Positions 24,585 to 38,100 of a DNA stretch of 64,000 bases are shown in pieces (within the stretch, counting starts at the first letter, position 1; the number at the start of each line of letters is the position of its first letter). Both the position numbers and the translations under genes were made by a program. This DNA is from Eledone cirrhosa (taxonomy: Eukaryota). The DNA lies in assembly GCA_964016885.1 (NCBI GenBank), contig OZ024740.1, positions 422,468,001 to 422,532,000 on the forward strand. Reading direction: 5' to 3'. The notes under the pieces are model-generated. The model was not told where the DNA came from. It did not search any database and worked only from the letters and a program-made list of their open reading frames with translations.

Positions 24585-26513
24585 TCATCATCATCATCAG
24601 GTTTAGCGTCCGTGTTCCACGCTTGCATGGGTTTGGACGGGGGTTTTCCCACTTGAGGCAAGAGTGGTTGTCTTGCTCGCATAGGACTGTCTGGCGGGTT
24701 TTCTACAGTTGGATGCCCTTCCTAACACCAACCACATTTACAGTGTGGGGCTGGGAGGTTTTTACCGTGTTGCCTACACGGCCACATTACAGCGTGGACT
24801 GTCTGGCGGGTTTTCTACAGCTGGATGCCCTTCCTAACACCAACCACATTTACAGTGTGGGGCTGGGAGGTTTTTACCGTGTTGCCTACACGGCCACATT
24901 TACAGCGTGGACTGTGTGTTTTTTGTCGTGACACCTACACGATCTCATTTGTTTCGGCCTGGATGTTGTGGGACCAACATAACTTTACATTGAAAGGGGC
25001 GGTGTGGGTGGGGTGGAGGTGGTGGGACGGGGGTGTGTTTTGATAGAGATGCCTACTGACTGTAGTAGGTTTTTACTTTGTATTTAGGTAAGGCGGGTCT
25101 TCTCTATTACTGAGTACCGCCAAAGGTCTCGGTCCAGTGACATTGTCTTGGAGAGGTGTAAGCGTGTGAGGTCGGAATTTATCAGCTCGTCCCATGTTTT
25201 TCTGGGTCTGCCTACTCCGTGGCTACCGTCTATCTTTATTGCCCTGCACTTTGTTATACAGCTGTCGTCTTTCATGCGCATCACGTGACCGTACCAACGT
25301 AGCCTTCTCTCGAGTAAACAACATCTGATCCCTCTTATTTCTAATTTTTTCCTTAGTTCGTTCATGCTTTGCCGTTCACGTATATTACTATTGCACATCC
25401 AGCGGAGCATGCAAGCTTTGTTCCTCTCTAGTCTGCGTATATCCTCTGCACACAATGCCCAGGTCTCACTGCCATGCAGCATTGCTGTTCGTATGCAGGC
25501 ATCGTATAACCTGCCTTTCATTTTTAGGGAGAACCCTTTAGCGGCTAATAGTGGTATAAGCTCTCTGAACTTTTTCCATCCAGTTCTGACTCTAGCTACT
25601 GTACTTTCAGAGCACCCTCCCCCACTGCTGATTTTGTCACCCAGATAACGGAAGCTGTCCACTATTTCTATAGAACCCTCTGCGCAGTTGAAGGAGCTAG
25701 TATTTTGTGGGCACTTGCTGCTACTTATTGCACCAGAGCACCGGCCACATGTAAAATCTATGTTCTTAGTTAGCTTACCTGTGATCCCACTACATCTTTT
25801 ATGCACCCATACTTTGCATTTGGGACATAAAATGGAGTTTCTACCTACGCCTTTCCTACACACTGAGCATGGCCATTTCCCCGATGGGACCGCCGCCTTA
25901 TTTTCTTTCCTACAAACTAGAACTTTAGTCTTAGCCAGGTTAATTTTAAGGCCTTTTGATTCTAGGCCGTGCTTCCACGTTTGGAATTTCTTCTCTAGTT
26001 CGGTCATTGATTCAGCTATGAGCGTTAGATCATCTGCGTATAGGAGTTCCCATGGGCAGCCGGTCTTGAACTCCTCTGTTATAGCCTGAAGGGCAATAAT
26101 AAATAGTAGGGGGCTAAGAACAGAGCCCTGATGGACACCAACTTTTACGCTAAACTCTTCACTATATTCGTTGTTAATTCTAACCTTACTGACTGTTTCT
26201 TTATACATGGCTTGTATAGCTCTCACAAGCCATTCGTCAACACCTAGTTTTCTAAGAGACCACCAGATAATGGAACGGGGGACTCTGTCGAAGGCTTTCT
26301 CCAAGTCGACGAAAGCTAAGTATAGTGGTTTACTTTTAGCTAGGTACTTCTCCTGTAGTTGTCGTACAATGAAAAGAGCGTCTGTGGTACTTTTGCCTGA
26401 CACAAACCCGAACTACATTTCATCTAGATCAATTCTCTCTCTGATTAGTTGCGCTATTACTTTTTCCGTGACCTTCATGACCTGGTCGATTAATTTAATG
26501 CCTCTATAGTTAC
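24585..26513 (-). mobile_element. RTE family A 5'-truncated copy (RT ORF 25084-26403) with duplicated 3' UTR module
   Basis: 439-aa ORF nearly identical to 8893-10212; (ATC)n tail at 24585; 5' end abuts the 3' UTR of the minus-strand PLE. Confidence 0.93.
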
Positions 26514-26743
26514 CTGTGAACAAATATGTATGTGCCCATCAGTGTGCAATGCATGTGAGCATTTATGTATGTGTGTGTGTTGGCACGTTTATATCTATAG
26601 ACATCAAAAGGTATGCAAATTTGTGTATATTTGTGTTGCACCATAGAACATGTGTGTTTACGTATGTCATTGTGTTTATATGTGGGTAGAGATGTATGCT
26701 GATGTAATTGTGTATGTTGTGGATTCGTCTTAGGGAGAAGTAT

Positions 26744-29051
26744 TTAGACGGGGTCCGTATTTGTTAATAAAGTAAGATTCCTTGCTGATGCGCTGGATGT
26801 GGGTGGCATTATCTTTAAATTTGTAGAGGGGATTCTGAAGTTGGGATGATTTTGGGCGGCACAGGTATCAATGTGTTCACTCAGTGGTATTTTCCTGTAT
26901 TCCCGTATTTTAATTTTGGATCTATGGACAGTCATGCGTTGGCGGAGGCTGTTTTTGGTCTGGCCTATGTATTGTTCTCGACAACCTGAGCAAGTTAATA
27001 CATATATTAGATTTTCTGATGCGCATGTGAAATTGTGTTTTACTATAAAACGTTGTCCTTCTTTGAAATAGAATTCCGAACCCTCTATTAGGTTGATGCA
27101 AATGCCACAGTTGGGTCTATCGCATTTTTTTACTGAGGGTTTCGTTGTTGTGGTTGGCAGTACTTTGGCTTGTGTTAGGATGTTTTTCATTGACTTAGAT
27201 TGTCTTTTGCTCTTTATGATATCATGTGTTCGTAGGATTTGGTTCATTCTATGGTCCTTTTTCAACACAGGGATGTTCTGGAGGATGGTGTCAAAGGCCT
27301 CATTGTTGAGGGGGTTGTGTGTGGAGATGTATGGAAGAGCTTTTAGTTTCGGTTGATTTACTTTAGGGTGTCTAAGGTCCTGGGTACTGAGTTTTAGGGC
27401 ACGTTGGATTCCATTGTCAATTAGTGATGCAGGGTAGTCCCTGCCTATGAGTGTGTCCTTTAGTTCTTGTAGCCGTAAGTGGCAGGTGTTTTTATTGGAG
27501 ACTATAGTACAGATTCTCTTGGCTAAGTTGTAGGGAATATTAATTTTAACGTGTCTAGGGTGGCAAGAGTTGAAAGGAAGATATTGCTTGGAGTCTGTGG
27601 GCTTGTAGTATATGTCTGTTTCTATTTTTTTGTTATGGATCTTAATGAGGATGTCGAGGAAGGGGAGTTGTTGATGGCTGTATTCCATCGTGAAGTTAAT
27701 ATTCGTGTTGAGCCCATTTATAAGGGTGTGAAAATTCTTTAAGTTTCTCGATGTTTTCGTGCCAAAGGATGAAGCAGTCATCTAGATATCGCTTCCAGTT
27801 CCTTTCTATATGTAAGTGGAGAGTGTTTCCAAATTTGTTTAGGACTTTAGTGTAGAGGGTGATTTCCAGGTATCCCATGACTAGGTTGGCATAAGTGGGG
27901 CCTGTTTTTGTTCCCATAGCGGTCCCATTTTTCTGCCTGTAGGGTTTGTTATTGAAAACGAAGTAATTGTTCTCCGAGATAAATTTGAGTCCCTCTATCA
28001 CAAATTCTTTTTTGATGCGTTGTGGGAGTTCATTGTGGTAATTATCCAGCCAGAATTGGATAGCTTCTGTTCCTAGGTTGTGGGGGATGTTGGAGTATAG
28101 GTTGACTACATCGAACGTCACTAGTAGGGTTTGTTCAGAAAGTGGCATATTAGGGAGGTGATTGAGCATATCTAGGTCGTCCCTTATATAGCTTTTGATG
28201 TGTTTGAGAAAAGGCTTGAGAAGGGTATCAATGAAGTTGTTGAGGCGGTGGGTTTTGCAAGTGGGGCCTGCTATTATAGGTCTTAATTTGAGATCATTGG
28301 GTGAGGGGACATTGATGACTATGTCTGTGGCTTCCTTGCATGCCTTACTTATTAATTCGCTTTTATGTACTTTAGAGATACCGTAGAAAAGGCTGGATTT
28401 ACTTGTGAAGTCTGTGATGAAGCTGAATTCCTTGTTAGTGAGTCCTTCTTTGTATTGGTTAATCAAAGTTTTTAGGTTTCTCATAATTTTCTGTTGTTTG
28501 TAGTGTTCAGCCTTTTCATAGTATGTTTCGTTTTCCAAAGTGGAGAGCGCTAAGTTGATATAGAATTCTGTCTCCATTAGGACTACTATACTCCCTTTAT
28601 CAGCCTCTTTAATTGTAATGGTTCTGTCGGTTTTTAATCTATTTAATTCTTCCCATTCTTTCTTGTTGAGGTTTGGCTTGTGTTTTTGTCTGTGCAAGTG
28701 TTGGTAAGGGAAGTTTGTGATGTGTTCACAGAATTCGTCCAGGATTTTATGTCTACCTTTTGATGGGGTGTAATTGCTTCTATTTCTGGCTAATGATTCA
28801 TCCTCATTGTACTGGTCGAATAGTTGTTCACTGAGTCGTAACTTTCTACAGAAGTCTGTGATGTCTTCTTTCATTTCATAGTGGTTAGGACGTAGTGGGG
28901 TCGGTGTGAATTTAAGACCTTTGGAGAGTAAGTTGATAAGGTTCGGTGTTGGTTCTGCACTAGTAAGATTGATAATTTTTATTACTATCGGTTTCTCCTC
29001 CTTGTCTTGTGTTATTTTGTTTGCCTGTATCTGTGTGCTGTGTCTAAAAAA
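26744..29051 (-). pseudogene. PLE RT-GIY-YIG ORF2 (-1 frame relative to ORF1), frameshifted near 27740 and 26830
   Basis: ORFs 27696-28874 and 26744-27781 join into one PLE protein. The RT frame is open upstream through the TTTTTTA heptamer (29051-29045). Confidence 0.86.
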
Positions 29052-30196
29052 TGGTTGGGCTAGAGGGGTTGTCTGCTGATGTTAAGTGGTCTCCTGTGTT
29101 TGTTATATTCCTTGTTATTGTAAAATGTGGTTCGGGTTGGTGGTTGTAGATTGAATGGGGTGTTCCTGTACTGCGAGTATGGGTGTGTGTTTCTATGTGC
29201 CATGTTGTATTGTGGTGTTATAAGTGGCCTACGTTGTTGGTTGTATCGTGTGGTGTGGGTTTGTTGTGTATTGTGGAAGCGAGAGTTGAGAAAATGGAAA
29301 TTACCTTGCTGTCCCCTTGAAGCGGGGAAGTTGTTACATCTATCATGGTGGTGGTATCTTTTCCCTATGTTTGACGGTGAGGCATCCGCGTAGTAGTTGA
29401 GTGATTTGGTATGGTGTCTCCTTGAAGGGGGAAAGTTGTAAATGTCATTCTGGGGGAGATGATTTCTAGGGTTTTTGTTCCTTCTTATGGTAGCGAGGTT
29501 GGGAAGTTCATCTTCGGTGTGGTGCTTCCTTCTTCGTTTGTTTGAGGCTTGGGGGTTTGCGAAGTTGTTGTGCAGTTCAGTTATGGGTTTTCCTATTTTT
29601 ATGAACGGGTTATTGGAGGTGTAATCCGTTTGAAAAGTCGATTCATAGTGTAGGAACCAAGTGGCACTTTTTTCCCAGCGTTGAAGGGATTTCAGTTCTT
29701 CTCTGTTGCAGTCCCCTTTCCATAATTTGGAGATCTTCTCTACCTTGGGGCCTTCAGTTTTATTGTTGATTTCCAGGAGGATCTCTTCATCGATGGTTTT
29801 GATTTTTTCCTCATTTGTCTGGGCCCTCAGTTTAAGAAGTTCAATTTCTGTCTTCATTTTTTCCAATGCCATTTTTTACCTAAGGTGTCTTTGAGGTTCG
29901 GGTTCATTTGGAATGGACTTTATTTGTATTTTACGGGGGAGAGTTAGAGGGGTTGAGTTAAGCCATTTTTCATATATCTCCGCTTTGTTGTGATTTTGTA
30001 TCATCTTCCAGAATGAGAACTTTCTGTCTCTGATGAATTTGTTCCATTTTGGAATTGTTCGAATTTTCATTTTGTATGAATCAATCTCACATAGTTCTTC
30101 GTTGGTTTTTCCTGGGTTGGTAGTAGTGAACATAGTTTGGATAGTATCGCAAAGGTTTTGGAGTTTATCGCCGATTTCGGAGGGTTTGTATCCGAT
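29012..30196 (-). pseudogene. PLE upstream ORF1 homologue with two in-frame stops
   Basis: [39 protein letters not shown]...IDEEILLEI...EKISKLW..DCNREELKSLQRW aligns with ORF1 at 12086. Stops at 29876 and 29060; the frame continues ...NHFLDTAHRYRQTK*. Confidence 0.72.
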
Positions 30197-30399
30197 ATAT
30201 ATATGTATATATATGTATATGTATGTATATGTATATGTATGTATATGTATATATATGTATATATATGTATATGTATGTATATGTATATATATATATGTAT
30301 ATATATATGTGTATGTATATGTATATATATATGTATATATATATATATGTGTGTATATATATATATATATGTGTATATATATATATATATATGTGTCTA

Positions 30400-33300
30400 T
30401 ATCATCATCATCATCATCACCGTTTTACGTCCGTTCTTCCACGCTAGCATGGGTTAGACGGGTTGTCCTGTTGTGGGCAGTGTCTGGTCGGCTGACCATG
30501 CCTGGCTTGATTTCTACAGCTGGATGCCCTTCCTAACACCAACCTCATTTACAGTGAGTGCTGGGTGCTTTTTCGTGGCGCCTACACGTCCACTTTACAG
30601 TGTGGGCTGGGTGCTTTTTTGCCGTGGCACCTCCACGACCACCTTGCGGTGGGGGGAGTGGGGGCATATTGTTTATATGCTTCAGCATGTACCCATGGGA
30701 GGTCGGGTACCCTGTATTACTGCGTGACGCCAGAAGTCACGGTCGTGTGTCATTGTCTTTGAGAGGTGTAGTTGGGTAAGGTCGGCTTTTATCACCTCAT
30801 CCCAAGTCATCTTGGGTCTCCCCACTCCGCGGTTTCCATCAACTTCTAGTGCTCTGCACCTTTTTATGCAGCTGTCATCCTTCATACGCATCACATGTCC
30901 ATACCAGCGTAACCGCCTCTCCTGCACGCAGCATTTGATTCCTCTTATGCTCAGTCTCTCTCTCAATTCCTTTATGCTTTGTCGTTCACGTATATTACTG
31001 TTACACATCCATCGGAGCATGCAGGCTTCGTTTCTCTCTAATCTACGTAAGTCTTCCACCTTCAGCGCCCAGGTCTCACTACCATGCAACATCGCTGTTC
31101 GGATACACGCATCATACAGTCTGCCTTTCATTCTGAGGGAGAAGCCTTTTGCAGCTAGCAGTGGTAGTAGTTCCCTAAACTTCTTCCATCCCGTTCTTAC
31201 CCTAGTTATTGTACTTTCTGAGCACCCATCTCCGTTGCTAATTCGGTCACCTAGGTAGCAGAAGCTGTCTACTGTTTCTACAGGGCCCTCCCAGAGATTG
31301 GTGGTACTTGTTTCCTGTGGCTGTTTGCTTGCTGTTTCAGCACAGCTGCTGCATGTGAATCCTACATTCTTAATTAAGCTTCCTGAGATCCCGCTACATC
31401 TCTTGTGTACCCATTGTTTGCATTTGGGGCAGAGAATGGAGTTCCTACCTACACCTTTCCTACATACTGAGCAAGGCCATTTCCCTGAGGGGATCTGGGT
31501 TCTGTTTTCTCGTCTACTTACAAGGACCTTAGTCTTTGTCATGTTGACTTTGAGGCCCTTTCTCTCTAGTCCCTGCTTCCAGGTTTGGAATTTATTCTCT
31601 AGTTCTACCATAGATTCAGCTATGAGTGCGAGGTCATCAGCATACAGGAGTTCCCATGGGCATCCGGTCTTAAACTCCTCCGTTATTGCCTGCAGGACTA
31701 TGATGAACAGGAGAGGGCTAAGAACAGAGCCCTGGTGGACCCCAACCTGTACGCTAAATTCCTCGCTATACTCATTACTAATCCTAACTTTGCTGACTGC
31801 TCCCCTATACATGGCTTGTACCGCTTTCACAAGCCATTCATCTACTCCTACTTTTCTAAGAGCCCACCAGATTACTGCACGTGGAACTCTGTCAAAGGCT
31901 TTCTCAAGGTCGACAAATGCCAAGTAGAGTGGCTTACTTTTAGCTAGGTACTTTTCCTGTAATTGCCTCACAAGGAAGAGGGCATCAGTGGTGCCTCTCC
32001 CTGGTACAAACCCAAATTGCATCTCGTCTATATTCACCCGGTCCCTAATCAGCTGTGCTATAACTCTTTCTGTTACTTTCATGACCTGGTCCATCAACTT
32101 TATACCTCTATAGTTTCCTCTATCTAGTGCATCGCCTTTACCTTTGTAGCAGTTGACAATGATGCTACTGCACCAATCTTTTGGTATGGCCCCTTCTAGT
32201 ATTACCTGGTTAACGATACGTGTGGTTTTAGTGTGACCTACAGACCCAGATGCCTTCAGCATCTCGGCAGCTATACCCAATGGACCGGTTGCCTTCCCCA
32301 TCTTCATATCTCTGATTGCCTTACTTACTACGCTGCCGCTGACTTGTACTGCTGGTCGCTCTATAGGGTCTACCTGGGGTAGGGTCTCTTCTTCCCATGC
32401 ATTCTCCTCATTTAGTAATCTATCATAATGACTCTTCCATGCATCTTTCTTCTCAGCACTTGTGAGGGCAAGCTCACCTTTATCATTCCGGATACACTTC
32501 TCTCCAATGACATCACAACTATCTCTGACACACTGCCTCGCAATCTTGAATACCTCCTGTTTCTGGTTCTCACGTTGTAAAACATGCTTGAATTTTCTAT
32601 CCTCTGCTTCCCTCCTAGCTAAGTATACTTGTCGCCTAGCTTCCCTCTTGGTCTCTATGTAATGTACCCTGCTCCCCCCGTTCTTCCATTCTTTCCATGC
32701 CTGTCTCTTGGCCTTGACTGCTTCATCTACCTTATTGTTCCATCACCAAGTCACTCTCCTCCTGCTTGAGGTCTTACTCCAGCCACAAACCTCATCCGTC
32801 GCCTCTAGTAAGTTATTTTTTAGGAACTCCCAGTTCTCTTCTACGTTAAATGTCTCTATCTGTTCTTCTTTACTGTCGTAGGCGTTGAGTAAAATATCTT
32901 TAAATCTGTTACTGGTTGAGGGGACTTTCAGCTTCCAGATCTTTCTTCTCCAGGTTGGCCTCTGTTTCAGGGCTCGTCTAGTTCTGACCGTGAGGTCGCT
33001 GACAACTAAGCTATGTTGGGATGTACATTCCTCACTAGGGAAGGCTTTTGTGTTTACGACTGTCCATCTGTCACGTCCTCTGATGAGGATAAAATCTAAC
33101 TGACTAGAGTGCTCCCCTGATCTATAGGTGATCAGGTGGTTGTCGGGTTTTTTAAAGTTTGTGTTACATATCGACATGTCATTGGCGTCGCAGAATTCTA
33201 GAAGTCTGAATCCTTCCTCATTCCTTGTGCCAACTCCATGGCCTCCATGTACTCTATTGAAGCCGTCGCAGTGTTTACCTACGTGTCCGTTAAAATCTCC

Positions 33301-33406
33301 TGCAATGATTAGGAAGTCCTTGTCGTCTGTTAGAGCAGTAGTGTGTATTAGGGACTCGTAAAACCTATCCTTAAGTTCGTCTGGCAGCCCCGATTGGGGT
33401 GCGTAA
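30400..33406 (-). mobile_element. RTE family B, long 5'-truncated copy (APE C-half, RT, PHD-type finger)
   Basis: YAPQSG, AGDFNGHVG, QLDFIL, SQHSL, then a 541-aa RT ORF at 30682-32307. One in-frame TGA at 32743 in the WWWN motif; (ATC)n tail at 30400. Confidence 0.93.
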
Positions 33407-33419
33407 ATGTATATATATA

Positions 33420-34513
33420 TATCATCATCATCATCAACGTTTAACGTCCGTGTTCCACGCTCGCATGGGTTTGGACGGGGGTAGTCCCACTTGAGGCAAG
33501 AGTGATTGTCTTGCTCGCATAGGACTGTCTGGCAGGTTTTCTACAGTTGGATGCCCTTCCTAACACCAACCACATTTACAGTGTGGGTCTGGGAGGTTTT
33601 TACCGTGTTGCCTACACGGCCACATTACAGCGTGGACTGTGTGTTTTTTTGTCGTGACACCTACACGATCTCATTTGTTTCGGCCTACACGATCTCATTT
33701 GTTTCGGCCTGGATGGCGCGGCACCAACATAACTTTACATAGAACGGGGTGGTGTGGATGGGGTGGTGGTGGTGGGACGGGGTGTATTTTGTTAGAGATG
33801 CCTACTGGCTGGAGTAGGTTTTACTATATATATTTAGGTAAGGCGGGTCTTCTCTGTTACTGAGTACCGCCAAAGGTCTCGGTCCAGTGACATTGTCTTG
33901 GAGAGGTGTAAGTGTGTGATGTCGGAGTTTATCAGCTCGTCCCAGGTTTTTCTAGGTCTGCCTATTCCGTGACTACCGTCTATCTTTATTGCCCTGCACT
34001 TTGTTATACAGCTATCGACTTTCATGCGCATCACGTGTCCATACCAACGTAGCCTTCTCTCGAGTAAACAACATCTGATTCCTCTTATCTCTAATTTTTT
34101 CCTTAGTTCGTTTCTGCTTTGCCGTTCACGTATATTACTGTTACACATCCAGCGGAGCATGCAAGCTTCGTTCCTCTCTAGTCTGCGTATATCCTCTGCA
34201 CACAATGCCCAGGTCTCACTGCCATGCAACGTTGCTGTTCGTATGCAGGCATCGTACAACCTGCCTTTCATTTTTAGGGAGAACCCTTTAGCAGCTAATA
34301 GTGGTATAAGCTCTCTGAACTTTTTCCAACCAGTTCTGACTCTAGCTACAGTACTTTCAGAGCACCCTCCCTCACTGCTGATTTTATCGCCCAGGTAACG
34401 GAAGCTGTCCACTATTTCTATAGAATCCTCTGCGCAATTGAAAGAGCTAGTATTTTGTGGGCACTTGCTGCTACTTATTGCACCAGAACACCGGCCACAT
34501 GTAAAATCTATGT
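33420..34513 (-). mobile_element. RTE family A 5'-truncated copy
   Basis: ORF 33834-34412 ending EKTRLT; (ATC)n tail at 33420; short duplication CCTACACGATCTCATTTGTTTCGG in the 3' UTR. Confidence 0.92.
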
Positions 34514-34937
34514 CACTGGACCGAGACCTTTGGCGGTACTCAGTAACAGAGAAGACCCGCCTTGCCAGTAGGCATCTCTAACAAAATACACCCCGTCCCG
34601 CCACCACCCCCACCCCATCCACACCACCCCGTTCTATGTAAAGTTATGTTGGTGCCGCGCCATCCAGGCCGAAACAAATGAGATCGTGTAGGTGTCACGA
34701 CAAAAAAACACACAGTCCACGCTGTAACGTGGCCGTGTAGGCAACACGGTAAAAACCTCCCAGCCCCACACTGTAAATGTGGTTGGTGTTAGGAAGGGCA
34801 TCCAACTGTAGAAAACCTGCCAGACAGTCCTATGCGAGCAAGACAATCACTCTTGCCTCAAGTGGGACTACCCCCGTCCAAACCCATGCAAGCGTGGAAC
34901 ACGGACGTTAAACGTTGATGATGATGATGATGATGAT
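34510..34937 (+). mobile_element. RTE family A short 3' fragment fused head-to-head to the previous copy
   Basis: Begins ATGTCACTGGACCGAG, sharing ATGT with the inverted copy; (GAT)n tail to 34937. Confidence 0.9.
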
Positions 34938-35045
34938 ATATATATATGTATATATGTATATGTATATATATATATGTATATATGTATATGTATATATATA
35001 TATGTATATGTATATATATATATGTATATGTATATATATATATGT

Positions 35046-35113
<68 letters not shown>

Positions 35114-35149
35114 ATATATATATATATATGTGTATATATATATATATAT

Positions 35150-38100
35150 ATCATCATCATCATCGTTTAACGTCCATGTTCCACGCTTGCATGGGTTTGG
35201 ACGGGAGTTTTCCCACTTGAGGCAAGAGTGGTTGTCTTGCTCGCATAGGACTGTCTGGCGGGTTTTCTACAGCTGGATGCCCTTCCTAACACCAACCACA
35301 TTTACAGTGTGGTACTGGGAGGTTTTTACTGTGTTGCCTACATGGCCACATTACAGCGTGGACTGTGTGTTTTTTTGTTGTGACACCTACACGATCTCAT
35401 TTGTTTCGGCCTGGATGTTGTGGCACCAACATAACTTTACATTGAAAGGGGCGGTGTGGATAGGGTGAGGGTGGTGGGACGGGGGTGTGTTTTGTTAGAG
35501 ATGCCTACTGACTGTAGTAGGTTTTACTTTGTATTTCAGGTAAGGCGAGTCTTCTCTATTACTGAGTACCGCCAAAGATCTCGGTCCAGTGACATTGTCT
35601 TGGAGAGGTGTAAGTGTGTGAGGTCGGAATTTATCAGGTTGTCCCAGGTTTTTCTGGGTCTGCTTACTCCGTGGCTACCGTCTATCTATACTGCCCTGCA
35701 CTTTTTTATACAGCTGTCGTCTTACATGCGCATCACGTGACCATACCAACGTAGCCTTCTCTCGACTAAACAACATCTGATCCCTCTTATTTCTAATTTT
35801 TCCCTTAGTTCGTTTATGCTTTGCCGTTCACGTATATTACTGTTACACATCCAGCGGAGCATGCAAGCTTCGTTCCTCTCTAGTCTGCGTATTTCCTCTG
35901 CACACAATGCCCAGGTCTCACTGCCATGCAACATTGCTGTTCATATGCAGGCATCATACAGCCTGCCTTTCATTTTTAGGGAGAACCCTTTAGCGGCTAA
36001 TAGTGGTATAAGCTCTCTGAACTTTTTCCATCCAGTTCTGACTCTAGCTACTGTATTTTCAGAGCACCCTCCCCCACTGCTGATTTTGTCACCCAGGTAA
36101 CGGAAGCTGTCCACTATTTCTATAGAACCCTCTGCGCAATTGAAAGAGCTAGTATTTTGTGGGCACTTGCTGCTACTTATTGCACCAGAGCACCGGCCAC
36201 ATGTAAAATCTATGTTCTTAGTTAGCTTACCTGTGATCCCACTACATCTTTTATGCACCCATACTTTGCATTTGGGACATAAAATGGAGTTTCTACCTAC
36301 GCCTTTCCTACACACTGAGCATGGCCATTTTCCGGAAGGGACCGGTGCCTTATTTTCTTTCCTACAAACTAGAACTTTAGTCTAAGCCAGGTTAATTTTA
36401 AGGCCTTTTGATTCTAGGCCGTGCTTCCATGTTTGGAATTTCTTCTCTAGCTCGGCCATTGATTCAGCTATGAGCGTTAGATCATCTGCGTATAGGAGTT
36501 CCCATGGGCAGCCGGTCTTGAACTCCACTGTTATAACCTGTAGGGCAATAATAAATAGTAGGGGGCTAAGAACAGAGCCCTGATGAACACCAACTTTTAC
36601 GCTAAACTCTTCACTATATTCGTTGTTAATTCTAACCTTGCTGACTGTTTCTTTATACATGGCTTGTATAGCTCTCACAAGCCATTCATCAACACCTAGT
36701 TTTCTAAGAGCCCACCAGATAATATAACGGGGGACTCTGTCGAACGCTTTCTCCAAGTCGACAAAGGCTAAGTATAGGGGTTTACTTTTAGCTAGGTACT
36801 CCTACTGTAGTTGTCGTACAATGAAAAGAGCGTCTGTGGTACTTTTACCTGACACAAACCCGAACTGCATTTCATCTAGGTCAATTCTCTCTCTGATTAG
36901 TTGCACTATTACTATTCCCGTGACCTTCATGACCTGGTCGATTAATTTAATGCCTCTATAGTTACTCCTATCTAGGGCGTCTGCTTTACCCTTGTAACAG
37001 TTAATGATGATGCTGCTACGCCAGTCCTTCGGAACAACCCCATTCTGTATGACTTGGTTTACTATCCGGGTGATCATGGTGTGTCCCACCGTTCCAGAGG
37101 CTTTCAGCATCTCAGCAACTATTTCCAAAGGCCCAGCCGCCTTACCCGTCTTCATATCTTTGATTGCCTTACTTATTATACCACCTTCAACTAACACTGC
37201 TGGTCCCTCTATTGGATCGATCTGGGGGAGACTATCCTCCCATTTATTCTCCTCATTTAGTAGCCTTTCGTAGTGACACTTCCAAGCTACCTTCTTATCA
37301 GCGTCAGTGATGGCAAGTACGCCATCATCATTTAGTACACACTTCTCCCCGACAATATCACGGTTTTCCTTGACACATTGCCTAGCAATCCTGAACACCT
37401 CACGTTTTTGGTCCTCGCGTTGTAGAACATGCTTGAACTTTCTTTCCTCTGCTTCCCTTCTTGCGAAGTACACTTGTCTCCTAGCTTCCCTCCTGGCCAC
37501 TTGATAGTCTTCTCTACTTCCCCCATCCCACCATACTTTCCAAGCCTACTTTTTGGCCTTAATCGACTCCTCCACCTTACTGTTCTACCACCACGTTACT
37601 CTCCTCCTGCCTATAGGCCTGCTCCAGCTACAGACTTCATCTGCCGCCTTCAGCAGGTTAGCTTTCAGGAATTCCCACTGTTCCTCTATATTGTACGACT
37701 CTAAATGCTCTTCCTTACTGTCGAAAGCATCAAGTAATATGCTTTGAAATTTATTTCTGGCTGTAGGTCCTTTAGCTTCCATATTTTTCTCCTGAGGATA
37801 GTCCTCTTCTGCTGTCGGGTACGTCTCGTCCTGACTATGAGGTCGCTAATTATCAGTCTATGTTGGGAGGTGCATTCTTCATGGGGGAGGGATTTGGTGT
37901 TTACAACAGACACTCTGTCACGTCTTCTGGTAAGGATATAATCTACCTGGCTGGTATGTTCCCCGGATCTATAGGTGATCAGGTGATTGTCTCGTTTTTT
38001 GAAGTTAGTGTTACAGATTGTTAGGTTATTTGCGTCACAGAATTCCAGGATTCTGGAGCCTTCCTCATTTCTAGTACCAAACCCATAGCCTCCGTGGATT

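Larger units (their letters stand above)
26514..30196 (-). mobile_element. Second Neptune-like Penelope-like element, 5'-truncated
   Basis: ORF1 followed by RT (IINLT..LSKGLKFTPTP, ADKG, LRPIIAGP, FDVVNLY, GTAMGT, WKRYLDDCF) and CDRPNCGIC...NLIYVLTC..QYIGQT. Confidence 0.88.

Noticed and set aside
32743-37587. Stops in the WWWN motif of both RTE families (TGA 32743, TAG 37585) as A-to-I editing-rescued codons
   Set aside because: They hit different Trp codons, single G>A changes readily explain them, and the copies are otherwise truncated or broken. Worth revisiting only if the stop is in the family consensus.
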